DNA of 64,000 nt from an uncultured Acidimicrobiaceae bacterium (GTDB lineage: Bacteria; Actinomycetota; Acidimicrobiia; Acidimicrobiales; RAAP-2): positions 101,729-165,728 of the forward strand of contig CAWDKW010000013.1 in the NCBI GenBank assembly GCA_963803065.1. The letters run 5' to 3'. Each line of letters opens with the position of its first letter. Position 1 is the stretch's first letter. Positions 45,277 to 54,405 of the stretch are shown here, one piece after another. Under the pieces are notes generated by a model that saw only the letters and a program-made list of their open reading frames with translations, made no database searches and was not told where the DNA came from. The translations under genes were made by a program, and so were the position numbers.

Positions 45277-47268
45277 TCACCGATGGCGCCATTGCCGGCG
45301 AGTTCTTCGACCGGCTGGGGGCGACGGAGCGGAACCGGCGCGGACAGGCAGCGGTCCTCGCGCGTAGGGGCAACGGGGAGCAAACCGACACCCGGCGAGG
45401 AACTGGTCGGGCCGCGGCACCATGCCGGGAATGGCGTGCAGTGGTTCCCCACGCGGGGTGAGCTGCGGCACCGAGTCCAACAGCGCCTCGGTGTAGGGGT
45501 GTCGGGGATGGACGAAGATGTCGGCCGCCATCGACTGCTCGACGATCTGCCCGGCGTACATGACCACGACGTCGTCGGCCACGTCGGCGATGACGCCGAG
45601 GTCGTGGGTGACGAAGATCATCGCCATGTCCTCTTCGCGCTGGAGGGTGTGGAGCAGGTCGATGATCTGCGCCTGGGTGGTGACGTCGAGAGCGGTGGTG
45701 GGCTCATCGGCGATCAGCAGCTTGGGCGAGCAGGACAGCGCCATGGCGATCATCACCCGCTGGCGCATGCCGCCGGAGAAGGCGTGCGGATAGTCGTGGG
45801 CTCGCCCGGCGGCGTGAGGGATCTCGACTCGCTCGAGCATGTCGACGGCGACGTTCCAGGCCTCCTTCCGGGTGATCTCCCGGTGGGCCCGAACCTGTTC
45901 GGCGATCTGGTTGCCGACCGTATAGGCGGGATTGAGACTGGTCATCGGTTCCTGGAAGATCATGGCCATCTCGCTGCCCCGAAGCTGACGGAGCCCCGAT
46001 GGGCTCAGCGTGGTGAGCTCGCGCCCCTCGAACCGGATCGAGCCGGACACCCGGGACACCCGGGGCGGCAACAGGCCCATCACGGCCAGCGCGGAGACGG
46101 TCTTGCCCGAACCGCTCTCGCCGACCAGCCCGAGCGTCTTACCCCGTTGCAGCGAGAACGTCCCGTCCTCCATGACCGGCAGCCATTGACCGCGGGTGAC
46201 GAACTCGACCTTCAGGCCTTGCACGGTCAACAGGGGGGCGCCGGGGCGCGCCGCCGGCGGCGGGGCTTCGGCCCGGCTCCTGGAACCCAACCGGGCCATC
46301 CGGCTCCGTCGCTTCTCCTTGTCGCTCTGGACCAGGGTGCTGCCCGGAGGCCGGTCCCGGCCCAAGGAGTCCCGCAGCCCGTCGGCCACCAGGTTGAACG
46401 ACAGCACCGTCAGCATGATGGCCACCCCGGGGAAGACCAGGGCCCAGGGCGACGAATTGATGAAGTTGAACCCCTCTTGGAGCATGCCACCCCAGCTCGG
46501 CGTGGGCGGCTGTTCACCGATGCCCAGGAAGCTCAGTCCGGCCTCTGCCAGCAGGGCGAACCCCAGGGCCAGCGCCAGCTGGATGATGATCGGCGAGGCC
46601 ACGTTCGGGACGACGTGGCGGCCCATCAGGCGCTTGGAGGTGGCCCCGAGGCTCCGGGCCGACTCGATGAACGCCTCCTCCCTGACCGCGATGACCTCGC
46701 CACGGAGCAACCGGACGAAGCTGGGCACGAACACGATGGCGATGGCGATGGCGGCGTCGTTGATGTCGGCGCCGAGCAGCGCGGCGACGGTCAGGGCCAG
46801 GATCAGGGGCGGGAACGAGAACAGCGCATCCATGACCCGCATGATCACGGAGTCGACGGCACCACGGAAGAAGCCGGCGATCAGGCCGAGTGGTACGGCC
46901 ACCAGCGCCGCCAGGGCAACGATTTCGAAGGCGGCTCGCAAGGAGATGCGGGCGCCCCAGATGAGCCGGCTGAGGATGTCACGGCCGAGGTCATCGGTAC
47001 CGAGCCAGTGCGAAGCCGACGGTCCCGTGTTGATGGCGTTGATGTCCTGGGCGTTGGGAGGGTGAGGGGCGACGACCGGGGCGAAGATGGCGGCCAGGAT
47101 CATCAGCACCAAGAAGGTCAAGCCGACCAGCGCCCATCGCTGACGGAGGAAGCGGGCCCAGAAGCCCGGTCGGCGCTGCGGCAGCTCGTCCGGCAGGTCG
47201 GCGATGGGCGACACCGGGTTCAGCCCGACGAAGGGATCCTCGGCCCCCGGAGGGCTCCAGGTGGTCAT
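45277..47268 (-). CDS. Fused ABC permease (DppC/OppC-like) and ATP-binding domain (DppD/OppD-like); C-terminal tail frame-disrupted
   Basis: Start at M248 of ORF 45277..48009 (MTTWSPPG), an ATGA overlap with the upstream permease stop. The permease part contains [14 protein letters not shown] and the EAA loop. After an R/S-rich linker, NBD1 follows ([39 protein letters not shown]). After [10 protein letters not shown] the frame degenerates, and skipping one base gives [14 protein letters not shown].. in the frame of ORF 44076..45452. Confidence 0.85.
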   Translation of the reverse strand: MTTWSPPGAEDPFVGLNPVSPIADLPDELPQRRPGFWARFLRQRWALVGLTFLVLMILAAIFAPVVAPHPPNAQDINAINTGPSASHWLGTDDLGRDILSRLIWGARISLRAAFEIVALAALVAVPLGLIAGFFRGAVDSVIMRVMDALFSFPPLILALTVAALLGADINDAAIAIAIVFVPSFVRLLRGEVIAVREEAFIESARSLGATSKRLMGRHVVPNVASPIIIQLALALGFALLAEAGLSFLGIGEQPPTPSWGGMLQEGFNFINSSPWALVFPGVAIMLTVLSFNLVADGLRDSLGRDRPPGSTLVQSDKEKRRSRMARLGSRSRAEAPPPAARPGAPLLTVQGLKVEFVTRGQWLPVMEDGTFSLQRGKTLGLVGESGSGKTVSALAVMGLLPPRVSRVSGSIRFEGRELTTLSPSGLRQLRGSEMAMIFQEPMTSLNPAYTVGNQIAEQVRAHREITRKEAWNVAVDMLERVEIPHAAGRAHDYPHAFSGGMRQRVMIAMALSCSPKLLIADEPTTALDVTTQAQIIDLLHTLQREEDMAMIFVTHDLGVIADVADDVVVMYAGQIVEQSMAADIFVHPRHPYTEALLDSVPQLTPRGEPLHAIPGMVPRPDQFLAGCRFAPRCPYARGPLPVRAGSAPSPPAGRRTRRQWRHR

Positions 47269-48236
47269 GCCAGCCTGACCTTGGGGTTCAAGTAGCCGTA
47301 GATGATGTCGACGATGAGGTTGATGATGATGAAGGAGACCGCCACCACCAGGACGACTCCCTGGATCTCCGGGATGTCCTTGTCGTCGATGGCCTGGATG
47401 ATGTACGTGCCCAGGCCCGGGAGCGAGAAGATCTGTTCGATGATCAGCGTGCCACCGAGCAGATAACCGAACTGGATCCCGATCACCGTCACCGCCGGGC
47501 TGAGTGCGTTCTTCAACGCGTGCTTCCCGATCACCATCCGTTGGGTGAGTCCCTTGGCCAGCGCCGTACGCATGTAGTCCTGATCGAGGGTGTCGATCAG
47601 GGCACCGCGCACTTGCCGGGCAATGACGGCCGAACCGCCGATGCCCAGGGCCACCCAGGGAAGCAGCAGGTCTTTGAACCACTCGACGGGCGACTGGGTG
47701 AAGGGCGTGTAGCCCAACGCCGGCAACCACTTCAACTTCACCGCGAAGACGATCACCAACAGGATCGCCAACCAGAAGTCCGGGGTGGCCACGGCGATGC
47801 TCGAGCCGATGGTCACGGCCCGGTCCCTGACCGTCCCCTGCCGGATACCCGAGATGATGCCCGCCGGCAGACCGACCAGGATGGCGATGACCATCCCCCC
47901 GGCGGCCACGGCCAAGGTCACCGGGAACCTGGCGGCGATGCCGGACGTCACGCTCCCGTTCTGGAACAGTGATTGGCCCAGATTGCCGTGCACCGCGCCG
48001 CTCAGCCACCGCCAGTACTGGGTGAAGAAGCCCTGGTTGAGGTGCAGCTGTTTGGTGATCTTGGCGATCTCGGCCGGGGTCGCCTTGGTCCCACCGGCCA
48101 GCGAGATGGCCGGATTACCGGGCAGGATCAAGATGAGCGAGAAGATCCCGAGCGAGATCAGGAACAACAGCAGAATCGAGATCAGCAATCGGCGCGCAAT
48201 GAAGGAAAGGAGCGAGCCCCCGCTACCGGACGCCAT
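47265..48236 (-). CDS. Peptide/nickel ABC transporter permease (DppB/OppB-like)
   Basis: 323 aa. N-terminal FIARRLLISILLLFLISLGIF and the EAA region DYMRTALAKGLTQRMVIGKHALKNALSP. Confidence 0.9.
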   Translation of the reverse strand: MASGSGGSLLSFIARRLLISILLLFLISLGIFSLILILPGNPAISLAGGTKATPAEIAKITKQLHLNQGFFTQYWRWLSGAVHGNLGQSLFQNGSVTSGIAARFPVTLAVAAGGMVIAILVGLPAGIISGIRQGTVRDRAVTIGSSIAVATPDFWLAILLVIVFAVKLKWLPALGYTPFTQSPVEWFKDLLLPWVALGIGGSAVIARQVRGALIDTLDQDYMRTALAKGLTQRMVIGKHALKNALSPAVTVIGIQFGYLLGGTLIIEQIFSLPGLGTYIIQAIDDKDIPEIQGVVLVVAVSFIIINLIVDIIYGYLNPKVRLA

Positions 48237-48250
48237 CTCCGCTGTCTAGC

Positions 48251-48270
48251 TCACTTCCTGCACGAAGTGA
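48251..48270 (-). other. Intercistronic stem-loop after the binding-protein gene
   Basis: 7-bp inverted repeat TCACTTC-N6-GAAGTGA in the 59-nt spacer between the binding-protein stop (48296) and the permease start (48236). Confidence 0.4.
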
Positions 48271-48295
48271 ACGCCAAAACCAGGGCTTCGCCGGT

Positions 48296-49909
48296 TCACC
48301 GCTTCATGTAGATGCCGGCCAGGTTCGACCGGCACTGCCCGATCGGTGCGACGACCTTCCCCCCGACCTTCTGCTTGTTGTAGGCGATGATCGACGGCAT
48401 GAAGACCAGCGGCACGACCAGCCCCTGGGAAAGGACGGTCTTGTCGATCTGCTGCATCAGCGGCCCCTGCACCGTCGGGCTGAGCGACGAGTTGGACTGC
48501 TGGATGAGCGGCGTCAGCGCGGGGTTGACCGAGCCGAGGTGCTGGGCCGGGAAGCCGGACGGCTCGAACAGCGCCTCGAAGCTGTTCGACAGGTCGGGCC
48601 CGTTGGTGAGCAGCTCGCTCAGCACGGCGTCACCCTGGCCCTTGATGTAGACGTCGGTCAGGAAGTCGGCACCAGGGATCTGCTGGATGGTGGCCTTGAA
48701 CCCGGCCACCGACAGCTCCTGCTGCAGCAGGGCCGAGGCCCGCTGGAAGGTGGCGTCGCCAGCCGGGATGACGAGGTTGAACGACACGCCGTTCTTGTAC
48801 CCGGCCGCCTTCAGGAGGGCCTTGGACTTCGCCGGGTTGTAGGAGTCCGAGGTGCCGAGCGACTTGCTGTAGCCCGGGGACCACTTTGGGACCGGCTGGT
48901 AGGCCGGCTCGCCCAGCCCGTTGAACACGACCTTGTTGAGGGCGTTGCGGTCGACGGCATACTCGAGGGCCACCCTGACGTTGGTCTTGGCGAAGGGCCC
49001 AGTGTTCTGGCGGAGCTCGATGGCCATGTTGTCGTAGGACTTGGTGATCGAGATCCCGATATTGGAGTCAGCGGCCAGTTGCGGGTAGTTCTCCGGCTCG
49101 ACCTGGATCATGTCGACGGCCCCCGAGGTGAGGGCGGTGGCTGCCTGCGGACCCTGGGTCAGCTGGGTGAAATCCACCCCCCCCAGCGGGTAGGCAGCGG
49201 AGTTCCAGTACTTGGGGTTCTTGGTGAGAACGATCGATGAGCCCTGCTTGTAGCTCTTCAGGGTGTAGGGCCCGGCCCCGATGGGCTGGTTCGCCTCGGT
49301 CGAGATGTTGGCGGCGGGCATCACCATGCCATCGATGTAGGTCATGGCCCAGAGGAAGTCTCCGGCCGTCGGCTGGTTCAGGTTGACCACCAGCGTTTGG
49401 GCATCTGGCGTGGACATGGTGTCGATCGCCGTGAGGGAGGAGCGCAGGGGGCTGGTCTTGGTGTGGTTGAGGCTGGCCTCGACGTCTTGTGATGTCACGG
49501 GCGCGCCGTTCGAGAACACCATGCCCGGGCGAAGGTGGAAGGTAATGGTGGAGCTGTTGTTGCTGACCGTCCAGCTCTGGGCCACGCCGCCACTGATGGC
49601 AAAGTTCCCCGGCGCCGTCACCGACTGAAAGGTGTTCTGGGTGACGGTGTACGAGCAGTCGTTCAAACCGGTCGTGTCAAAGCTGTTGGAGAACTCGTTG
49701 TTGAGGTCGTACCCGTACTTGAGGACCCCGTTTGGGTTGATGTTGGACGGAGCGGCGCTGGCCGGTTCTGTCGTCGGTACGGTGAGCGCCGCCGGGGCGA
49801 AGACGGCGGCAGACGCACCAACGGCGACCAATCCTCGAGCACGTTGCCGTTGCCCCGGTCGCCGTCGACCACCCGGTGTCTTCGTACGTACCCCCTGGTG
49901 CAGCCTCAT
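48296..49909 (-). CDS. ABC transporter substrate-binding protein, family 5 (peptide/nickel)
   Basis: 537 aa. The basic N-terminus plus hydrophobic stretch (GLVAVGASAAVFAPAALT) acts as a signal. The length and motifs such as GAGPYTLKSYKQGSSIVLTKNPKYW are typical of SBP_bac_5. Confidence 0.9.
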   Translation of the reverse strand: MRLHQGVRTKTPGGRRRPGQRQRARGLVAVGASAAVFAPAALTVPTTEPASAAPSNINPNGVLKYGYDLNNEFSNSFDTTGLNDCSYTVTQNTFQSVTAPGNFAISGGVAQSWTVSNNSSTITFHLRPGMVFSNGAPVTSQDVEASLNHTKTSPLRSSLTAIDTMSTPDAQTLVVNLNQPTAGDFLWAMTYIDGMVMPAANISTEANQPIGAGPYTLKSYKQGSSIVLTKNPKYWNSAAYPLGGVDFTQLTQGPQAATALTSGAVDMIQVEPENYPQLAADSNIGISITKSYDNMAIELRQNTGPFAKTNVRVALEYAVDRNALNKVVFNGLGEPAYQPVPKWSPGYSKSLGTSDSYNPAKSKALLKAAGYKNGVSFNLVIPAGDATFQRASALLQQELSVAGFKATIQQIPGADFLTDVYIKGQGDAVLSELLTNGPDLSNSFEALFEPSGFPAQHLGSVNPALTPLIQQSNSSLSPTVQGPLMQQIDKTVLSQGLVVPLVFMPSIIAYNKQKVGGKVVAPIGQCRSNLAGIYMKR

Positions 49910-50177
49910 GTGGTCCCCCCTGGATCGATTCTCGATTGTAAAACAAACTTTTCCATACCTGCACGGACCGTCGGATTTGGGTCGATCGGGTTGGATCGTC
50001 GAGGCAGGTCCTCGCCCTGAGTGGTGAAGCCGGCCATGTGGTCACGCAACGGGGAAATTCGGCTTCTGTCCTTGTGGCTCGCCCCTTATGGGTACAACGT
50101 GGACTCGAGCGGGTGATGCCATCTGCTCGCCACGCACTTCAGCACCGAGCTGAAACGCAGGTAAGACTCTTTGCCCT

Positions 50178-51512
50178 ATGAGCCGTCCGGATACCAAGTA
50201 CGTGGCCGTCGGGGATGCTGACGTTGCCTACCAAGTCCTCGGAGAGGGACCCTCCGACCTACTCTTCTTCAACGGACTTGGCAGCAACATCGAGATGGCG
50301 TGGGAGGACCCAGTCATTGCCGGATTCCTCAGGCGTCTGTCGTCGCTACGCCGCTTGATCTTTCTCGATCGACGAGGCACAGGCGCATCTGACGGTGTGC
50401 CGGGTAGACCTTTACCAACGTGGGAGGAATGGACCGAAGACATCGAGAGCGTGCTCAACGCGGTCGGTTCCGAGCAGACATCCATTCTCGCGACAGTTGA
50501 TGGTGGCCCGATCTCGATCCTCTACGCAGCTGCACATCCCGAACGGGTCGATTCCCTGGTTCTGTGCAATACGACCGCCCGATATCTGATTGCTGACGAC
50601 TATCCGATCGGTTTCGCACCTGAGGCGCTCGATTTCGTCATCGGGTTCCTCCGGGCCAGCTGGGGTACGCCGGAGTTCCTCTCGCTTGCTGGTTCAGCTG
50701 GGCCCGAAGACCCGGTTCGGGGCGATGCTCTCGGTCGACTCTTCCGGTCGTCGGTCACCCCGCGAACCGCGGCAGCACAGTACGACTACCTGCTTCGGAA
50801 CCTCGATGTTCGCCCGGTGCTCCCGCTTATCGGGGTGCCCACCCTGGTCCTGAGCGCCGACAATCCAACCTTTCTGCCCATTGCCCATGGGCGATATGTG
50901 GCTGAGCACATTGAGGGATCCAAGTTCGTCGCGCTGCCGGGCGACGACATGTTGATCTTCAGCCAGGAGGATGTGATATTCGACGAAGTAGCCGAGTTCT
51001 TGACCGGTACGAGACCAGTGAACGACATCGACCGAGTACTGGTCTCAATACTCTTCACAGACATAGTCGGATCAACTGAACGTGCAGCCTCACTGGGTGA
51101 TCAACGGTGGCGGTCCTTGTTGGATCGCCACGATCACATTGTCCGTGAACAGCTTCGGCTCTTCCGAGGTCGGGAGGTCAACACCACGGGAGACGGCTTC
51201 GTCGCTTCATTCGATGGTCCGGCTCGAGCCATCCGTTGCGGTCAGGCGACCATCGACGCCACCCGAGCCCTCGGTATCGAGCTTCGCATTGGTCTCCACA
51301 CCGGTGAATGCGAGGTGAGAGGCGACGATCTGGGCGGCCTCGCCGTTCACATCGCCGCTCGTATCGGTTCGTTGGCCTCGCCGAGCGAGGTTCTTGTCTC
51401 GGGCACTGTCAAGGACCTCGTAATTGGCTCGGGCATTGAGTTCAATGAGCGGGGAGAGAATGAGCTGAAGGGGGTGCCGGGTAGCTGGAAGCTCTACTCG
51501 GTCTCTGGTTGA
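50178..51512 (+). CDS. Alpha/beta-hydrolase domain fused to a class III adenylate/guanylate cyclase domain
   Basis: The N-terminal 270 aa are hydrolase-like (LLFFNGLGSNIEMAW..FLDRRGTGASD). The C-terminal part is LVSILFTDIVGSTERAASLGDQRW..GREVNTTGDGFVASFDGPARAIRC..IGLHTGECEVRGDDLGGLAVHIAARI. The same architecture is known in mycobacteria (Rv1900c type). The region looks A/T-richer by eye. Confidence 0.85.
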   Translation: MSRPDTKYVAVGDADVAYQVLGEGPSDLLFFNGLGSNIEMAWEDPVIAGFLRRLSSLRRLIFLDRRGTGASDGVPGRPLPTWEEWTEDIESVLNAVGSEQTSILATVDGGPISILYAAAHPERVDSLVLCNTTARYLIADDYPIGFAPEALDFVIGFLRASWGTPEFLSLAGSAGPEDPVRGDALGRLFRSSVTPRTAAAQYDYLLRNLDVRPVLPLIGVPTLVLSADNPTFLPIAHGRYVAEHIEGSKFVALPGDDMLIFSQEDVIFDEVAEFLTGTRPVNDIDRVLVSILFTDIVGSTERAASLGDQRWRSLLDRHDHIVREQLRLFRGREVNTTGDGFVASFDGPARAIRCGQATIDATRALGIELRIGLHTGECEVRGDDLGGLAVHIAARIGSLASPSEVLVSGTVKDLVIGSGIEFNERGENELKGVPGSWKLYSVSG

Positions 51513-51802
51513 ACCGCCTCCACGCCCCCAAAGTCGAGGCCCGCATGCCTGGTGGCCCTGGCAGACCCAGACCTTTGCTCCGGTTGCATCGACCCACCTC
51601 AGCGGCTTGGCCGCAATGGTCGGCCTGACGCCATATGAGCCCGTCAGCTCCTCCCCCGGGCTGTACGGGAGTGCAGGTCATGACTGCGCAGCTGCTCGGG
51701 TGGCGGATTGGGTGGCGGACGAGCAACTGTGAGCAACTGCACGCCGGGCGATCGAAGGTAGTGGGAAATCGGGTCAGAGTGGCTGACCTGGCAAGAAAAG
51801 CA

Positions 51803-51871
51803 TCCTGACGAGGGAGGTTCGTGGAGAGCGGGCGACGGGAATCGAACCCGCGTTCTCAGCTTGGGAAGCTG
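51803..51871 (-). repeat. 69-bp direct repeat (distal att-like copy carrying the 3' 45 nt of tRNA-Gly plus 24 nt of flank)
   Basis: TCCTGACGAGGGAGGTTCGTGGAGAGCGGGCGACGGGAATCGAACCCGCGTTCTCAGCTTGGGAAGCTG is identical to 53646..53714. Weaker similarity continues about 20 nt on the low-coordinate side. Confidence 0.9.
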
Positions 51872-52023
51872 CGCAACCTGGACGTTTACGAACGACGGTG
51901 AACAGGTAAGCCCAGTTCAAGAGCATATCGAACGACAGCGAACGAACCCGACGGCGCGATAGACGCGCGATAGACCGGTAATCGCCGCCAAGTTCGTGGG
52001 GTCGTTCTGTGAACCGCACACAA

Positions 52024-52821
52024 CTAGTGCCGCTTGGTTCGATTATGGACGTCCGTTAGGAAGCAGGCTTTCCTCACTCCGGGGACAGGGTCACGTCCGA
52101 AGGTACTCGACTCACACGCGATTGGGCTTGGCTGTGGAGCGTCCAGGTAGACGTATACGCCATTGGCACCATAGGCGACGTCGTTGATGCTCCAATTGAA
52201 ACCACACTTTTCGTGTTCGGCCGAACAGAATTCTGAGCCATATGGACCACTTGGCAGCGGACCGAGGGTGACGGGGACCGTGACAGCGTGATCACTAATA
52301 GCGGACTGCGTATCAGAGCCCCCCGAACAATTGAGGTTGCCGACGCTCGAGCACTGCCCCTCAAAGGTAGTAAAATAGATGTTAGGGCTGTTGGTTTGTT
52401 GCAAACGGACTTCCGTCCATAGCGACTGCTTGTTCGGTAGCACCACGTTGAGCTTGAACGTGCCGAATGACTTCAAATAGGCGCACTCGCTAAAGGGGCC
52501 GGCTCTGCCCGGTTCGGTGTTGAAACCCGAGTCCCACGTAGCCCTTAGGCATTTTGAGGAGTCCTCGCGGTCGACGAACTTGCTCGTCATCGTCGTCCCC
52601 TTCGGGAGGTCCATGGTCGCCGCGAACGTGACGGTGTACGACTTCGATTCGTTCGGCTTGGGATGAGAGGGTTTGCCGGACGATGGCGAGTTGATCGTTG
52701 GTCGAGTGCTGGCTGCTCCGGCCGACGTCATGAGGGCCGTAGGTGCGGCAACCAACATGCCCGTCGTCAGAGCCAGAATCGCAATTGCGTTCCGCAATAC
52801 GGGTGGACGTCTATCACTCAT
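52024..52821 (-). CDS. Secreted Cys-rich protein of unknown function (island cargo)
   Basis: Start at M35 (MSDRRPPVLRNAIAILALTTGMLVAAPTALMTSAGAAS signal), preceded by GAGGGGGAG. The mature part has about 10 Cys and an S/P/K-rich linker. No family recognised. Confidence 0.6.
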   Translation of the reverse strand: MSDRRPPVLRNAIAILALTTGMLVAAPTALMTSAGAASTRPTINSPSSGKPSHPKPNESKSYTVTFAATMDLPKGTTMTSKFVDREDSSKCLRATWDSGFNTEPGRAGPFSECAYLKSFGTFKLNVVLPNKQSLWTEVRLQQTNSPNIYFTTFEGQCSSVGNLNCSGGSDTQSAISDHAVTVPVTLGPLPSGPYGSEFCSAEHEKCGFNWSINDVAYGANGVYVYLDAPQPSPIACESSTFGRDPVPGVRKACFLTDVHNRTKRH

Positions 52822-53254
52822 TGTGGTCTCCCCCTCACAGCTAGCGGGGGTAACCATACACCCAACGTTAAGAGCTTGCTTGCACGCCATGCCCGAGATG
52901 TCCTTACCAAGGCCGCTCGACAATCAAGCCAGATCGGCAGGTTATGGATGGCAACGGAAGCAGCGTCGGTGTTCTCGCCAGTGAAGGTCGTCGCAAAACC
53001 TCTTGCTGGGACGACGAAACCCCGCCGGATCTGGTCCAGCGGGAGTCTCGCCTGACCCGTCGCTCGCCCAACGGGCTACGGGTGAGAATACCTGAGGACC
53101 CTGAACGCTCCAAGGGAAGAGCCCTACCCGCGAGCACGGCGGCGAGACCAATGCTGGTGGGCAGGGCAGTAGCAAGCATACCGTGCGGACAGTGACCCAT
53201 ACCCGACGTATAGAGGCCGTTCCACTTCTTCCTGAACCACAAGGTTCCCTCTAA

Positions 53255-53629
53255 TGCTGCGTTACTAGTGTCACTGGTGATAAGGGGGGACCGATTCGCA
53301 CGGCAGCGTTCTACGCCGAGTGGCGACGAGCCTGTCAGGCAGCCGGCCTTCCTGACTCTGTGAAGCTCCACGACCTGCTTCACACAGCAGGAACCCTCGC
53401 GGCGCACACGGGGGCGACGACGAAGGAGCTGATGTCGAGAATGGGCCATGCATCGCCGGCGGCGGCCCTCAGATATCAGCACGCCGCCGAGCGTCGGGAC
53501 GTGGCAATCGCGAACGGGTTGGACACTGCGATTAGTGGCGGCAAGTCTCGAAAGAGGGCCGCAATTCGGAACCTGCAGCGCGATGCACGCGCGATCGGCG
53601 GCGATGCGGAATCAACTCAGAGAAGCTGA
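53255..53629 (+). pseudogene. Tyrosine recombinase (integrase) C-terminal remnant
   Basis: The open frame starts at 53255 (track ORF 53360..53629). ..FYAEWRRACQAAGLPDSVKLHDLLHTAGTLAAHTGATTKELMSRMGHASPAAALRYQHA.. covers the HxLRH box (here HDLLH, Arg lost) and the GHxS..Y.H catalytic Tyr region. The N-terminal roughly 250 aa of a normal integrase are missing. Confidence 0.75.
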
Positions 53630-53645
53630 ACCGGGCCAAAAAGCG

Positions 53646-53714
53646 TCCTGACGAGGGAGGTTCGTGGAGAGCGGGCGACGGGAATCGAACCCGCGTTCTC
53701 AGCTTGGGAAGCTG
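53646..53714 (-). repeat. 69-bp direct repeat (tRNA-proximal att-like copy)
   Basis: Identical to 51803..51871. Positions 53670-53714 form the anticodon-stem-to-3'-end part of the functional tRNA-Gly. Confidence 0.9.
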
Positions 53715-53740
53715 ATGTTCTGCCTCTGAACTACGCCCGC
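53670..53740 (-). tRNA. tRNA-Gly (anticodon CCC)
   Basis: The 71-nt cloverleaf was folded by hand. Acceptor GCGGGCG/CGCCCGC, D arm GTTC-AGAGGCA-GAAC, anticodon arm TCAGC-TTCCCAA-GCTGA, variable loop GAAC, T arm GCGGG-TTCGATT-CCCGT, discriminator T. CCA is not encoded. Confidence 0.9.
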
Positions 53741-53772
53741 AGGTGCGCGGCCACACTATCGTCTAGCGCGCA

Positions 53773-54339
53773 ATGGTTCTCTCCGACCGCTCCATTCGTG
53801 AAGCCCTCGACTCCGGGCGCATCGTCATCGACCCCCGGGACGACGACTGCATCCAGCCGTCGTCGGTCGATCTGCACGTCGACCGGTACTTCCGGCTGTT
53901 CCGGAACCACACCAGCCGGGTCATCGACGTGCGGGAGGACCAGGAGGATCTCACCGAACTGGTCGACATCGGTGAGGACCTGCCCCTCATCCTCCACCCC
54001 GGTGAGTTCGTCCTCGGATCCACCAGGGAAAAGGTCAAGCTGCCCGACGATCTGGTCGCCCGGCTCGAGGGGAAGTCGTCCCTGGGCCGATTGGGCCTAC
54101 TCATCCACTCGACTGCCGGGTTCGTGGACGCCGGATGGGACGGCCACCTCACCCTGGAGCTCTCCAATGTGGCCAACCTGCCCATTACCGTTTACCCGCG
54201 TATGAAGATTGGGCAGATCAGCTTCCTGCAGATGACCACCCCGGCGGACCACCCGTACGGTTCCGCCGGTCTGAAGTCGAAGTACCAGGGCCAACGGGGC
54301 CCGACCCCCAGCAGGTATGCGGACAACTTCCGCCCCTGA
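53773..54339 (+). CDS. dcd: dCTP deaminase (dUMP-forming type likely)
   Basis: 188 aa. Motifs: [34 protein letters not shown] and [10 protein letters not shown]. Confidence 0.9.
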   Translation: MVLSDRSIREALDSGRIVIDPRDDDCIQPSSVDLHVDRYFRLFRNHTSRVIDVREDQEDLTELVDIGEDLPLILHPGEFVLGSTREKVKLPDDLVARLEGKSSLGRLGLLIHSTAGFVDAGWDGHLTLELSNVANLPITVYPRMKIGQISFLQMTTPADHPYGSAGLKSKYQGQRGPTPSRYADNFRP

Positions 54340-54405
54340 ATCTGCAGAGCCAACCGAAATACGCATCCAGGTCTCGAAGTAACCACCCAGGAGGAAGAGG
54401 AATCA

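Larger units (their letters stand above)
51803..53740. mobile_element. Decayed integrative element inserted in tRNA-Gly(CCC)
   Basis: An intact tRNA lies at one end with a duplicated tRNA 3' half at the other. An integrase C-terminal remnant ends 17 nt from the tRNA-proximal repeat. One cargo gene is present, and the sequence between the repeats (1,774 bp) is visibly lower in GC. Confidence 0.65.

Noticed and set aside
44869-47295. 808-aa + strand ORF, the longest in its region
   Set aside because: It is antisense to clearly recognisable ABC transporter genes. The translation is R/G/P/H-rich with no motifs, a typical high-GC shadow ORF.
51803-51871. A second tRNA-Gly gene
   Set aside because: Only the anticodon-stem-to-3'-end half is present. 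The 5' acceptor and D arms are missing, so it is an att-type duplication and not a gene.
53665-53669. Encoded CCA end for tRNA-Gly
   Set aside because: After the discriminator T the sequence reads CTCCA, so CCA is not contiguous with the acceptor stem and is presumably added post-transcriptionally.
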